Source of the DNA: an uncultured Candidatus Competibacteraceae bacterium
Lineage (GTDB): Bacteria > Pseudomonadota > Gammaproteobacteria > Competibacterales > JAHEDQ01
Length of the DNA stretch: 64,000 nt
Assembly (NCBI GenBank): GCA_964563515.1
Contig: CAZLYT010000716.1
Coordinates: 29,451 to 93,450 of the forward strand
Direction: 5' to 3'
Position numbers and translations under genes: made by a program
The notes under the pieces: generated by a model
The model's database searches: none
What the model was told of the DNA's origin: nothing
What the model saw: only the letters and a program-made list of their open reading frames with translations
Shown: piece after piece, positions 1-8,883 of the stretch
Numbering within the stretch: the stretch's first letter is position 1
Layout: each line of letters opens with the position of its first letter

Positions 1-788
1 CCTAGATCGCTCATGACGTCGATCCAGCGGAAATCGTCGTTGAACTCGATGCAGTCGAACAGCACGGGACGACCGTCCACCAGGGCCACGTTGCCCAGGT
101 GCAGGTCGCCGTGGCATTCGCGCACGAACCCGAGTTGGCGCCGCCGAGCCAGGGTGCTGCTCAGGATTCTTGCATTGCTCCGGGTCCAGTCCTCGACCGC
201 TTTCAGGTCGGTAAGCACCTGGGAATCGGAGACCAACTCGCGGATATGGCGGAAGTTCTCCAGCATCGGCGCGACCACCTGCTGCGGCTCTCCGAAGCGC
301 TCTTGGGTGGCAATCGGGGCGGCGGCGTGAAAATCCGCGAGCTCCCGAGCCAGGGCCACAACCAGGTCAGGGCCGAGCTGCCCCGCGGCAGCAATCCGAT
401 CCAGCAACGCATCCTGATCGAAGCGACGCATGCGCACCGCAAACTCGATGGCCGTGCTCGGATCACCCCCGATGTGCGGGTTTTCCGGGGTACCGGTTAT
501 TGGAACGCAATCCAGGTATAATTCCGGCGCCAAGCGCCGGTTGAGCCGAATCTCCTCGTCACAGTAGTGCCGGCGGCGGCCCAAACCGGTGAAATCCAAG
601 AACCCGAGGTTCAACGCTTTCTTGATCTTGTAGGCATGGTCGCCCACCAGGAGCAGTTGAGAGATATGGGTTTCCAAGTGCTCGATGGCTGCCGGATCCA
701 CAGCGGGAAAGCCTGCTCCACGGCAAAGACTGGCAACTAGACGCTCCTGAACCTTCTGCTCGTCGTCCACTCCCATGCTGCTCGTCAC
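1..788 (-). CDS. Phosphotransferase-fold (APH/kinase-like) protein, N-terminal ~262 codons only; the gene continues past the left window edge
   Basis: Own minus-strand translation gives ...MGVDDEQKVQERL...ECHGDLHLGNVALVDGRPVLFDCIEFNDDFRWIDVMSDL. HGDLHxxN matches the catalytic loop of the aminoglycoside-phosphotransferase/kinase-like fold. Likely start is GTG (complement of 786-788) with GGAGG 5 nt upstream; an alternative ATG lies at 774-776. There is no stop inside the window, so it is absent from the ORF track. Confidence 0.6.
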   Translation of the reverse strand, partial: MTSSMGVDDEQKVQERLVASLCRGAGFPAVDPAAIEHLETHISQLLLVGDHAYKIKKALNLGFLDFTGLGRRRHYCDEEIRLNRRLAPELYLDCVPITGTPENPHIGGDPSTAIEFAVRMRRFDQDALLDRIAAAGQLGPDLVVALARELADFHAAAPIATQERFGEPQQVVAPMLENFRHIRELVSDSQVLTDLKAVEDWTRSNARILSSTLARRRQLGFVRECHGDLHLGNVALVDGRPVLFDCIEFNDDFRWIDVMSDL

Positions 789-875
789 CCTTACCTCCTG
801 GCGGTCGCCGGGTTTGAAGAATAGGACAGTCCGCGTGCACCGGTCACGGCGTCCTCCTTCGCGCACAGCCTGCTG

Positions 876-3227
876 ATGGCGAAAACGCGTCGCACCAAGC
901 AGCGCAAGCGGGCGCCGAAGCGCACGGGTGGACGATGGCGCCGAGTAGGCCTGGCGGCGGGGCTGCTGTTGGCGGTCGCATTGAGCCTGTACGTAGCTTA
1001 CCTAGACGGTCGTGTGCGCAGTGAGTTCGCCGGCAAGCGCTGGGCGTTGCCGGCCAGAGTCTACGTCAGGCCCCTCGAAATCTACGCCGGCCTGAGCCTT
1101 GGCCGCGACGAGCTCGTGGCCCATCTGCGCACTCTCGGCTACCGCAAGGTGGCCGATCTGCAGGGGCCCGGAAGCTATCGCGAGTTGGGCGGCTCGCTCG
1201 AGCTCGTGACCCGTGCCTTCACCTTTTGGGACGGCTTGGAGCCCTCGCGTGCCGTTCGAGTGGGGTTCCAGGGGCGGCGGGTCAGCGAGCTCGTTGCCGC
1301 CGGAGCCCCCGGGGTGATACGCCTGGATCCGGCCTTGATCGCCGGCATCTACCCCGCCCACCACGAGGACCGGGTGCTGGTCCGCCGCGAAGAGCTGCCG
1401 CAGCAGTTGGTGGCGGCGCTGATCTCGGTGGAGGACCGCAAGTTCTATCAGCACCACGGCATGGACCCGAAGGCGATACTGCGTGCCTTGTTGGCGAATC
1501 TGCGGGCTGGGCACACGGTCCAGGGCGGCAGCACGCTGACCCAGCAGCTGATGAAGAACTTCTTCCTCACCAACGAGCGGACTCTGCAGCGCAAGCTCAG
1601 GGAGCTGGTGATGGCGCTGCTGGTGGAGTGGCGCTACGACAAGGATGAGATTCTCGAAGCCTACGCCAACGAGGTCTACCTGGGACAGGACGGCCAACGG
1701 GCAATCCATGGCTTTGGGCTGGCGAGCCATTTCTATTTCGGGCGACCCCTGAGCGAGCTGTCGGTGGATCAGGTTGCCCTGCTGGTGGGATTGGTGCGCG
1801 GCCCTTCCTACTATGATCCGCGGCGAAACGCCAAACGCGCCAGGGCGCGGCGGAACCTGGTGCTCTCGGTGATGGCGGAGGTGGGAGTGCTCGGCGCTGA
1901 GGAGGCCCGCACCGCAGCCGAGCGGCCGCTGGGGCTGACGCCCCAGGACCGCGGCGGAATTACGCGCTACCCCGCGTTTCTGGACCTGGTGCGGCGCCAG
2001 CTGCGCCGGGATTATCGGGAGGAGGACCTCACCTCCGAGGGCCTCCAGGTGTTCACCACCTTGGACCTGCAGGTGCAGGGTGCCGTGGAACGGGCGGTGG
2101 CCGGCGGCCTGCCCATTCTGGAGCGTCGGCATGGACTGCCCGACGGGAGCCTGCAGGGCGCCGCGGTGTTTACCGATCCCGGCAGCGGCGAGGTGTTGGG
2201 GCTGGTGGGTGGTGGCGAGCCGCGTTCGGAAGGCTTCAACCGTGCGCTCGATGCGCGGCGCCCCATCGGCTCCTTGGTCAAACCCTTCATCTACATGTCG
2301 GCGTTGGCTCAGCCGCAGCGCTACAATCTGATGAGCATCCTGCAGGATGAACCGCTGTCCGTGCCCAATCCCAACGGCGCGCAGTGGACACCTCAGAACT
2401 ACGATCACCGGTTTCACGGGCCGGTGCCGCTACGCACCGCGTTGGCGAACTCCTACAATGCCGCCACCGTCCGCCTCGGCCTAGAGCTGGGGCTGGAGAA
2501 CGTGGTCGACTCGTTGCATCGGTTCGGTCTGGAGCGCGACGTACCGGCCTATCCATCCCTACTTCTGGGAGCGCTGGAGCTGACGCCGATCGAGGTGGCG
2601 GAGCTCTATCAGGTGCTCGCCAACGGAGGGTTCAGGGCACCACTTCGGGCAATTCGAGACGTCATGGCCGCCGACGGCGAGCCCTTGCAGCGCTACCCCT
2701 TGCAGGTTGAGTCGGTGGCCTCACCGGCCTCCGTTTACTTGACCACCGCCGCGCTGCAAGCAGCGGTGGCCTCCGGCACCGGTCGCTCCTTGACCCAGAA
2801 GGTGGCCCCTGAGTTGCACTTGGCGGGTAAGACGGGTACGACGGATGGTGGGCGCGATTCCTGGTTCGCCGGCTACGCCGGAAACATGCTGGGAGTGGTG
2901 TGGTTGGGGCGCGACGACAATGAAGCGACCGACATGAGCGGAGCCGAGGGCGCCCTGCGGATTTTCGGCGACACCATGCGGGGCCTGCCGCTGACCCCGT
3001 TGCAGCCGCTGCCGGTGACCGACATCGAGTGGCGTTGGGTCGACCCCGGTACCGGCGTGCTGGCAGAGGCCAATTGTCCGGGGGCCGAACGACTGCCGTT
3101 CATCAGCGGGGCCTCGCTGCCGCCCGTGGGACCATGTGCATCTTTGGCTCAGCCCCGGCCCCCTAGACAATCGTCGCCGTCGCCTCTGGAGGCGGCAGAG
3201 GCCTGGTTCAGGAGGATATTTAGATGA
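876..3227 (+). CDS. mrcB: Penicillin-binding protein 1B (bifunctional glycosyltransferase/transpeptidase)
   Basis: 783-aa ORF with a basic N-terminus plus TM anchor. GT51 motifs are EDRKFYQHHG and GGSTLTQQL. Transpeptidase motifs are SLVK (SxxK), SYN (SxN) and KTGT. Confidence 0.93.
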   Translation: MAKTRRTKQRKRAPKRTGGRWRRVGLAAGLLLAVALSLYVAYLDGRVRSEFAGKRWALPARVYVRPLEIYAGLSLGRDELVAHLRTLGYRKVADLQGPGSYRELGGSLELVTRAFTFWDGLEPSRAVRVGFQGRRVSELVAAGAPGVIRLDPALIAGIYPAHHEDRVLVRREELPQQLVAALISVEDRKFYQHHGMDPKAILRALLANLRAGHTVQGGSTLTQQLMKNFFLTNERTLQRKLRELVMALLVEWRYDKDEILEAYANEVYLGQDGQRAIHGFGLASHFYFGRPLSELSVDQVALLVGLVRGPSYYDPRRNAKRARARRNLVLSVMAEVGVLGAEEARTAAERPLGLTPQDRGGITRYPAFLDLVRRQLRRDYREEDLTSEGLQVFTTLDLQVQGAVERAVAGGLPILERRHGLPDGSLQGAAVFTDPGSGEVLGLVGGGEPRSEGFNRALDARRPIGSLVKPFIYMSALAQPQRYNLMSILQDEPLSVPNPNGAQWTPQNYDHRFHGPVPLRTALANSYNAATVRLGLELGLENVVDSLHRFGLERDVPAYPSLLLGALELTPIEVAELYQVLANGGFRAPLRAIRDVMAADGEPLQRYPLQVESVASPASVYLTTAALQAAVASGTGRSLTQKVAPELHLAGKTGTTDGGRDSWFAGYAGNMLGVVWLGRDDNEATDMSGAEGALRIFGDTMRGLPLTPLQPLPVTDIEWRWVDPGTGVLAEANCPGAERLPFISGASLPPVGPCASLAQPRPPRQSSPSPLEAAEAWFRRIFR

Positions 3228-3796
3228 GTTCGAGGCCAATCATGCGGCCGGTCGCCACGGTGGCAGCCTTACTGTGCCTGATAGTGGTGGGCTGCGCCGG
3301 CACACCCTCGGGGACGCTGCCGCCGGTGTCGGGTCCGGGGCAAGCGCCCGGCGGTGCCGGGGCGGCAGCAGGCGTCGAGGTACAACCGCTGGGCCCTGGA
3401 GGGCAAGTGCAGGCGTTGCCGCCGGGAGGCTCCAGTGGGCCAGCGTCGGCAACGCCGTCGCGGAACACCAACCCGGCGGTACTGGCGTTGCTGGACAGCG
3501 CCGACCAGCAAGCGGCCAGCGGCGACCTGGAGCGCGCTTCCGCGACCCTCGAGCGGGCGCTTCGAATCGATCCCCAGGACGCCACGATCTGGCACGACCT
3601 GGGCACCTTGCGCATGCGCCAGGGGGATCTGCAGCAAGCCCAATCTCTGGCACAGCGCTCGAACTCGCTAGCATCCGGGGACACTGCGCTGCAAGCCCGC
3701 AACTGGCGTCTGATCGAGCGTGCCCGGCGGGCGCAAGGCAACGTCCGGGGAGCCGACGAAGCAGCGGCACAGGCGGTGGTCCTGGAACGTCGGTGA
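3224..3796 (+). CDS. TPR-repeat outer-membrane lipoprotein, LpoP-like candidate PBP1b activator
   Basis: 190-aa ORF whose ATG overlaps the mrcB stop (ATGA at 3224-3227). It has a signal peptide with lipobox LIVVGC, then a ~70-residue P/G/A-rich linker, then a C-terminal TPR-like helical repeat (LERALRIDPQDATIWHDLGTLRMRQGDLQQA). Confidence 0.8.
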   Translation: MSSRPIMRPVATVAALLCLIVVGCAGTPSGTLPPVSGPGQAPGGAGAAAGVEVQPLGPGGQVQALPPGGSSGPASATPSRNTNPAVLALLDSADQQAASGDLERASATLERALRIDPQDATIWHDLGTLRMRQGDLQQAQSLAQRSNSLASGDTALQARNWRLIERARRAQGNVRGADEAAAQAVVLERR

Positions 3797-5730
3797 CCAG
3801 CGTTCAGGACCTGTTCTCGGCCCAGGGCGCGTTAGCTCGTGAGCTACCCGGCTACGCGCCCCGTGCCGAGCAGGTGGCTATGGCGGAAGCGGTCGCCCGA
3901 GCGCTCGCAGATCGCTCCACGTTGGTGGTGGAAGCCGGCACCGGGGTCGGCAAGACCTTCGCCTACCTGGGGCCGGCGCTGCTTGCGAGGCGCAAGGTGC
4001 TGGTCTCCACCGGCACCCGTAATCTGCAGGATCAGATCTACCGCCGCGACTTGCCATTGTTGACCAAAGCCATGGGCGGTGCAGGTCCCGTCGCGCTGCT
4101 CAAAGGCCGCGCCAACTATCTCTGTTTACATCGGTTGGACTTGGCGCGCCTGCCGGGCGCCGCAATTTCTGCCGACCGCCAAGCATTGGCGCGGGTAACG
4201 CCCTGGGCGGGGCGGACCTCCACCGGCGACACGTCGGAGCTCGCCGAACTTCGGGAAGATCATCCGATCTGGCCCCTGGTCACCTCCACCAGCGACAACT
4301 GCCTCGGCGCGGAGTGCCCCCGCCTACGCGACTGCCACCTGATGGCCGCCCGCCGGCAGGCGCTGGAGTCCGACTTGGTGGTGGTCAACCATCATCTGCT
4401 GTTGGCAGACCTGGCCTTGCGCCGCGAAGGTGTGGCGCCCTTCCTCCCGAGCGCCGATGCCATCGTCGTCGACGAGGCACACCAGCTGCCTGAGGTGGCC
4501 GGCCAGTTCTTCGGCATCGCCATCGGCGGACGCCAGTTACTGGAGCTGGCTCGGGACTGTGTTACCGAGCATCTGGCAGCCAGTGGTGACCAGGGCCCGC
4601 GCCCCAGTGCTGCTGCCGAGCTGGAGCTCGCGGTGCGTCGACTGCGATTGGCGTTGGGTGGAGAGCTGCGACGGGTGCCCTGGTCGGTGGTAGCCGATGA
4701 GCCTGCAGTCGACGAAGCGATCGAGCAGCTGGCGCTAGCGCTGGAGTCGCTGCGCGCCTGGCTGTCGGGTCGAGGAGAGGAGTGCCGCGGATTGATTGCC
4801 TGCCGGGGGCGCGCGGAGCGCCTGGTGGCGCGCCTGAGGGAGTTTCGGGGGGTGGCGGAGGAGGCGGGGGCGGTGCGCTGGCTCGAAACCTTCCCGCAGA
4901 GCTTCACCCTGTGGGCCACACCTCTGGACCTGGCAGGGGAACTCGCGAGTGCCCTGGCAACCGCGCCCGGCGCCTGGATATTCACCTCGGCGACGCTCAG
5001 CGTCGGTGGCAAATTCGACCATTTCGTCCACCGACTGGGGCTCGATTCGCCAACCACCCTGGCCCTGGACAGCCCTTTTGACTACCGCCAGCAAGCGCTG
5101 CTGTATCACCCCCAGGGGATGCCCGACCCCAATCAGCCCAGCTACACCCGTGCCGTGGTAGAGGCGGCATTGCCGGTGCTGGAGCAGAGCGGTGGTCGCA
5201 CCTTTCTGCTTTTCACCAGTCATCGCGCGCTGCAGGAAGCGGCGCGCCTGCTTGCCGACCGGTGCCCGTTCCCTTTGCTGGTTCAGGGCACGGCGCCGCG
5301 AACCGAGCTGCTCATCCGCTTTCGGGAGCTGGGCAACGCCGTGCTGCTGGGGACCAGCAGCTTCTGGGAGGGAGTCGACGTTCGGGGCGAAGCACTTTCC
5401 TGCGTGGTGATCGACCGACTGCCGTTCGCTGCGCCCGGCGATCCGGTGCTGGCAGCCCGCATCGACGCCTTGCGCCAATCCGGTGTGGACCCGTTTCGAT
5501 ATTTTCAGCTACCCGCAGCGGTGATCACCCTGAAGCAGGGCGTCGGTCGCTTGATTCGCGACGTGAATGATCGCGGGGTGCTGATGATCTGCGATCCGCG
5601 CTTGCTCACTCGAGGTTATGGCCGGGTCTTCCTCCAGAGTCTGCCGCCCATGTCGCGGACGCGACAGCTGGCGCGGGTAACGGATTTTCTGAGTGGCGCC
5701 GATCCCGCCCGGGTCGAGACTGAGGCATGA
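3793..5730 (+). CDS. yoaA: ATP-dependent DNA helicase, DinG/XPD family (YoaA-like, Fe-S cluster type)
   Basis: Walker A is EAGTGVGKTF and the DEAH box is VVDEAHQL. A four-Cys cluster is present (NYLC...DNCLGAECPRLRDC). The start is placed at GTG 3793, overlapping the upstream TGA. The ORF-track start at 3136 would add 219 non-homologous codons lying over the TPR gene. Confidence 0.85.
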   Translation: MTSVQDLFSAQGALARELPGYAPRAEQVAMAEAVARALADRSTLVVEAGTGVGKTFAYLGPALLARRKVLVSTGTRNLQDQIYRRDLPLLTKAMGGAGPVALLKGRANYLCLHRLDLARLPGAAISADRQALARVTPWAGRTSTGDTSELAELREDHPIWPLVTSTSDNCLGAECPRLRDCHLMAARRQALESDLVVVNHHLLLADLALRREGVAPFLPSADAIVVDEAHQLPEVAGQFFGIAIGGRQLLELARDCVTEHLAASGDQGPRPSAAAELELAVRRLRLALGGELRRVPWSVVADEPAVDEAIEQLALALESLRAWLSGRGEECRGLIACRGRAERLVARLREFRGVAEEAGAVRWLETFPQSFTLWATPLDLAGELASALATAPGAWIFTSATLSVGGKFDHFVHRLGLDSPTTLALDSPFDYRQQALLYHPQGMPDPNQPSYTRAVVEAALPVLEQSGGRTFLLFTSHRALQEAARLLADRCPFPLLVQGTAPRTELLIRFRELGNAVLLGTSSFWEGVDVRGEALSCVVIDRLPFAAPGDPVLAARIDALRQSGVDPFRYFQLPAAVITLKQGVGRLIRDVNDRGVLMICDPRLLTRGYGRVFLQSLPPMSRTRQLARVTDFLSGADPARVETEA

Positions 5731-6404
5731 AGCTGCTAGCGCTCGAGACTGCCACCGAAGCTTGTTCGGTCGCTTTGTGGTTGGACGGCGACTGCCGTGA
5801 GCGCTACCAAGTCGCCCCGAGAGCGCACGCCGAGCTGATTCTACCCATGGCCGAGGAGCTGCTGACGGAGGCGGGGCTTACCCTGAGTGACCTGCAGGGG
5901 GTCGCGTTTGGCTGCGGCCCCGGCGCATTCACCGGTGTGCGAGTCGCCACCGCCGTGGCGCAAGCGCTCGCCTTCGGCGCCGATTTACCAGTGATACCGG
6001 TATCGACATTGGCGACTTTGGCACGCGGAGCATTTCGGGTGGCGGGAGTCAGCCGTATCTTGACCGCGATCGACGCCCGCATGGGCGAGGTCTACTGGGC
6101 TGCCTTCGGACTCGACCAAGGCCTGCCGACGCTCCACGGGGATGAGCTCGTGGTATCTCCCAACAGGGTGCCGACGGTCGATGCCGGGGAGTGGGTCGCC
6201 GTCGGCAGCGGCTGGTCGGTCCACGGTGTCGGCTTACGAGCTGGCCTCAGCCCCGGGGTGTCGGTTCGACATCTCGACCAGCCTGCCTATCCCGCGGCCA
6301 AGGATCTGGCCGTACTCGCCGAGGCCGGGCTGAGAACTGGCGCCGGCATCGACCCCGCGCTAGCGCAGCCGCGCTACCTCCGCGAGCGGGTGGTCCAACC
6401 TTGA
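5727..6404 (+). CDS. tsaB: tRNA threonylcarbamoyladenosine (t6A) biosynthesis protein TsaB
   Basis: 225 aa with N-terminus MKLLALETATEACSVAL, typical of TsaB/YeaZ. ATGA overlap with the helicase stop. Confidence 0.9.
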   Translation: MKLLALETATEACSVALWLDGDCRERYQVAPRAHAELILPMAEELLTEAGLTLSDLQGVAFGCGPGAFTGVRVATAVAQALAFGADLPVIPVSTLATLARGAFRVAGVSRILTAIDARMGEVYWAAFGLDQGLPTLHGDELVVSPNRVPTVDAGEWVAVGSGWSVHGVGLRAGLSPGVSVRHLDQPAYPAAKDLAVLAEAGLRTGAGIDPALAQPRYLRERVVQP

Positions 6405-6476
6405 GCGGGTCGATCGAGCCAGCGCAGGCCTATACTTGGCGGCGAGAAATCCCGCCGAGAGGAGCTTGCGGCCGGC

Positions 6477-6707
6477 ATGGACACCAATCCCCACACCCTG
6501 AACACGCTGTTTGAGCAGCTCGGCTTGGCATCCGCCGATGCCGACATCGCCCGCTTCGTGGCTGACCACCGGCCCCTCGATCCGGCGCTGGACGTGGCGC
6601 AAGCGCCCTTCTGGAATACGGGCCAGGCGGCCTTCCTGCGCGAAGCATTGGAATCCGACGCGGCCTGGGCGGAAGTGGTGGACGAGCTGAGCGCGCTGTT
6701 ACGCTGA
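6477..6707 (+). CDS. DUF2789 family small protein
   Basis: 76 aa, MDTNPHTLNTLFEQLGL...FWNTGQAAFLREALESDAAWAEVVDELSALL. Recalled similarity to the DUF2789 family. High GC3 and an upstream GAGAGGAG. Confidence 0.75.
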   Translation: MDTNPHTLNTLFEQLGLASADADIARFVADHRPLDPALDVAQAPFWNTGQAAFLREALESDAAWAEVVDELSALLR

Positions 6708-6754
6708 TTCTAGGTGCCGCCTCGCAGTGGTGGTGAGTAGATGCACTGGCACTG

Positions 6755-7942
6755 TCAGCCCAGCAGGCGGGTCAGCAGCGCCTGGTACACATCGGTCAAC
6801 TGCTCCAGCTCGGCCACCGACACGTGTTCGTCGACTTTGTGGATGCTGGCGTTCAGGGGCCCGAGCTCCACCACCTGGGCGCCACTGGTCGCGACGAAAC
6901 GGCCGTCGGAGGTCCCCCCGGCCGTGGACAAGCGGGGCCGGTGGCCGAGGACCTCGGCCACCGTATCGGTCACCGCATCCACCAGCTCGCCAATCGGCGT
7001 CAGGAAGGGTTGCCCGGAAAGCTCCCACTCGAGCTCATAGCCATAGCGATGCTGGGCGCGCACCGCTTCGTTCAGCAGATGCTGTTCCACCAGGTCGCCG
7101 ATACGCTGCTGCAGCGACTGCACGCCGGAGGCGGTGCCGAAACGCAGGTTGAAGCGTAGCTCGACCTCACCCGGGATGACGTTGTCAGCCCCGGTACCGC
7201 CATGAATATTGGAGATCTGCAAGGTGGTGGGCGGAAAGAACTCGTTGCCTTGATCCCAGCGCTCCTCAGCCAGACGGGCGATCAGCGCGCCAACGCCATG
7301 GATGGGATTTTCAGCCAACTGCGGGTAGGCCACGTGCCCTTGGCTGCCGAGCAGCCGCAGACGCCCGTGCAGCGAGCCGCGACGGCCGTTTTTCACGGTG
7401 TCCCCCAACTGAGTTTCGCTGGAGGGCTCTCCCACTAGGCACCAGTCGATGTGCTCGCCGCGGGAACACAAAGTCTGCATCACCCGTCGGGTACCATCGA
7501 TGGCGGCACCTTCCTCATCGCTGGTGAGCAGGAACGCCAGCGAGCCGCGCGGCTCCGGCGTGGCAGCCAGGAAGCGCTCGCTCGCCACCACCATGGCCGC
7601 CAGCGAGCCCTTCATGTCCGCCGCGCCCCGGCCGAACAACAGGCCATCACGAACGGTGGGATCGAACGGGTCGCTGTGCCAGTGCTCACGGAGCCCCGGT
7701 GGGACCACGTCGGTGTGGCCGGCGAACACGAACAGAGGGCCCTGGCTGCCGCGCCGCGCCCAGAGGTTGTCGACCGCGCCAAAACGCAGATGCTCCAAGC
7801 CGAAGCCCTGGGCCTCCAGCCGTCTCCCGAGCAAGGTCTGGCAACCTGCGTCGAGGGGAGTTACTGACGGCCGCCGCACCAGCTCCCGGGCCAACTCGAG
7901 TGTGGCTGACCGCGCCGCTGCGCCGATCAACTCCTCCCTCAT
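6755..7942 (-). CDS. dapE: Succinyl-diaminopimelate desuccinylase
   Basis: 395 aa, M20 peptidase motifs GHTDVVPPG and GRGAADMKG. Directly downstream of dapD. Confidence 0.93.
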   Translation of the reverse strand: MREELIGAAARSATLELARELVRRPSVTPLDAGCQTLLGRRLEAQGFGLEHLRFGAVDNLWARRGSQGPLFVFAGHTDVVPPGLREHWHSDPFDPTVRDGLLFGRGAADMKGSLAAMVVASERFLAATPEPRGSLAFLLTSDEEGAAIDGTRRVMQTLCSRGEHIDWCLVGEPSSETQLGDTVKNGRRGSLHGRLRLLGSQGHVAYPQLAENPIHGVGALIARLAEERWDQGNEFFPPTTLQISNIHGGTGADNVIPGEVELRFNLRFGTASGVQSLQQRIGDLVEQHLLNEAVRAQHRYGYELEWELSGQPFLTPIGELVDAVTDTVAEVLGHRPRLSTAGGTSDGRFVATSGAQVVELGPLNASIHKVDEHVSVAELEQLTDVYQALLTRLLG

Positions 7943-7958
7943 CTTGACAAGCGGGTGC

Positions 7959-8777
<819 letters not shown>

Positions 8778-8883
8778 GAATCTTCTCCCGGGGTGGCACC
8801 CGGAGCAGCCTCCGGGCTTGGGGGGAGGGGGAGTATACGGGAGCCCATTCGACCCGTCCGCCGGCAGCGGCGGAGTGCATGCT

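Noticed and set aside
3136-3792. N-terminal 219-codon extension of the helicase ORF (track entry 3136-5730)
   Set aside because: The extension is Arg/Gly/Ala-rich and non-homologous, and it lies out of frame over the well-supported TPR lipoprotein gene. Helicase homology begins right after GTG 3793.
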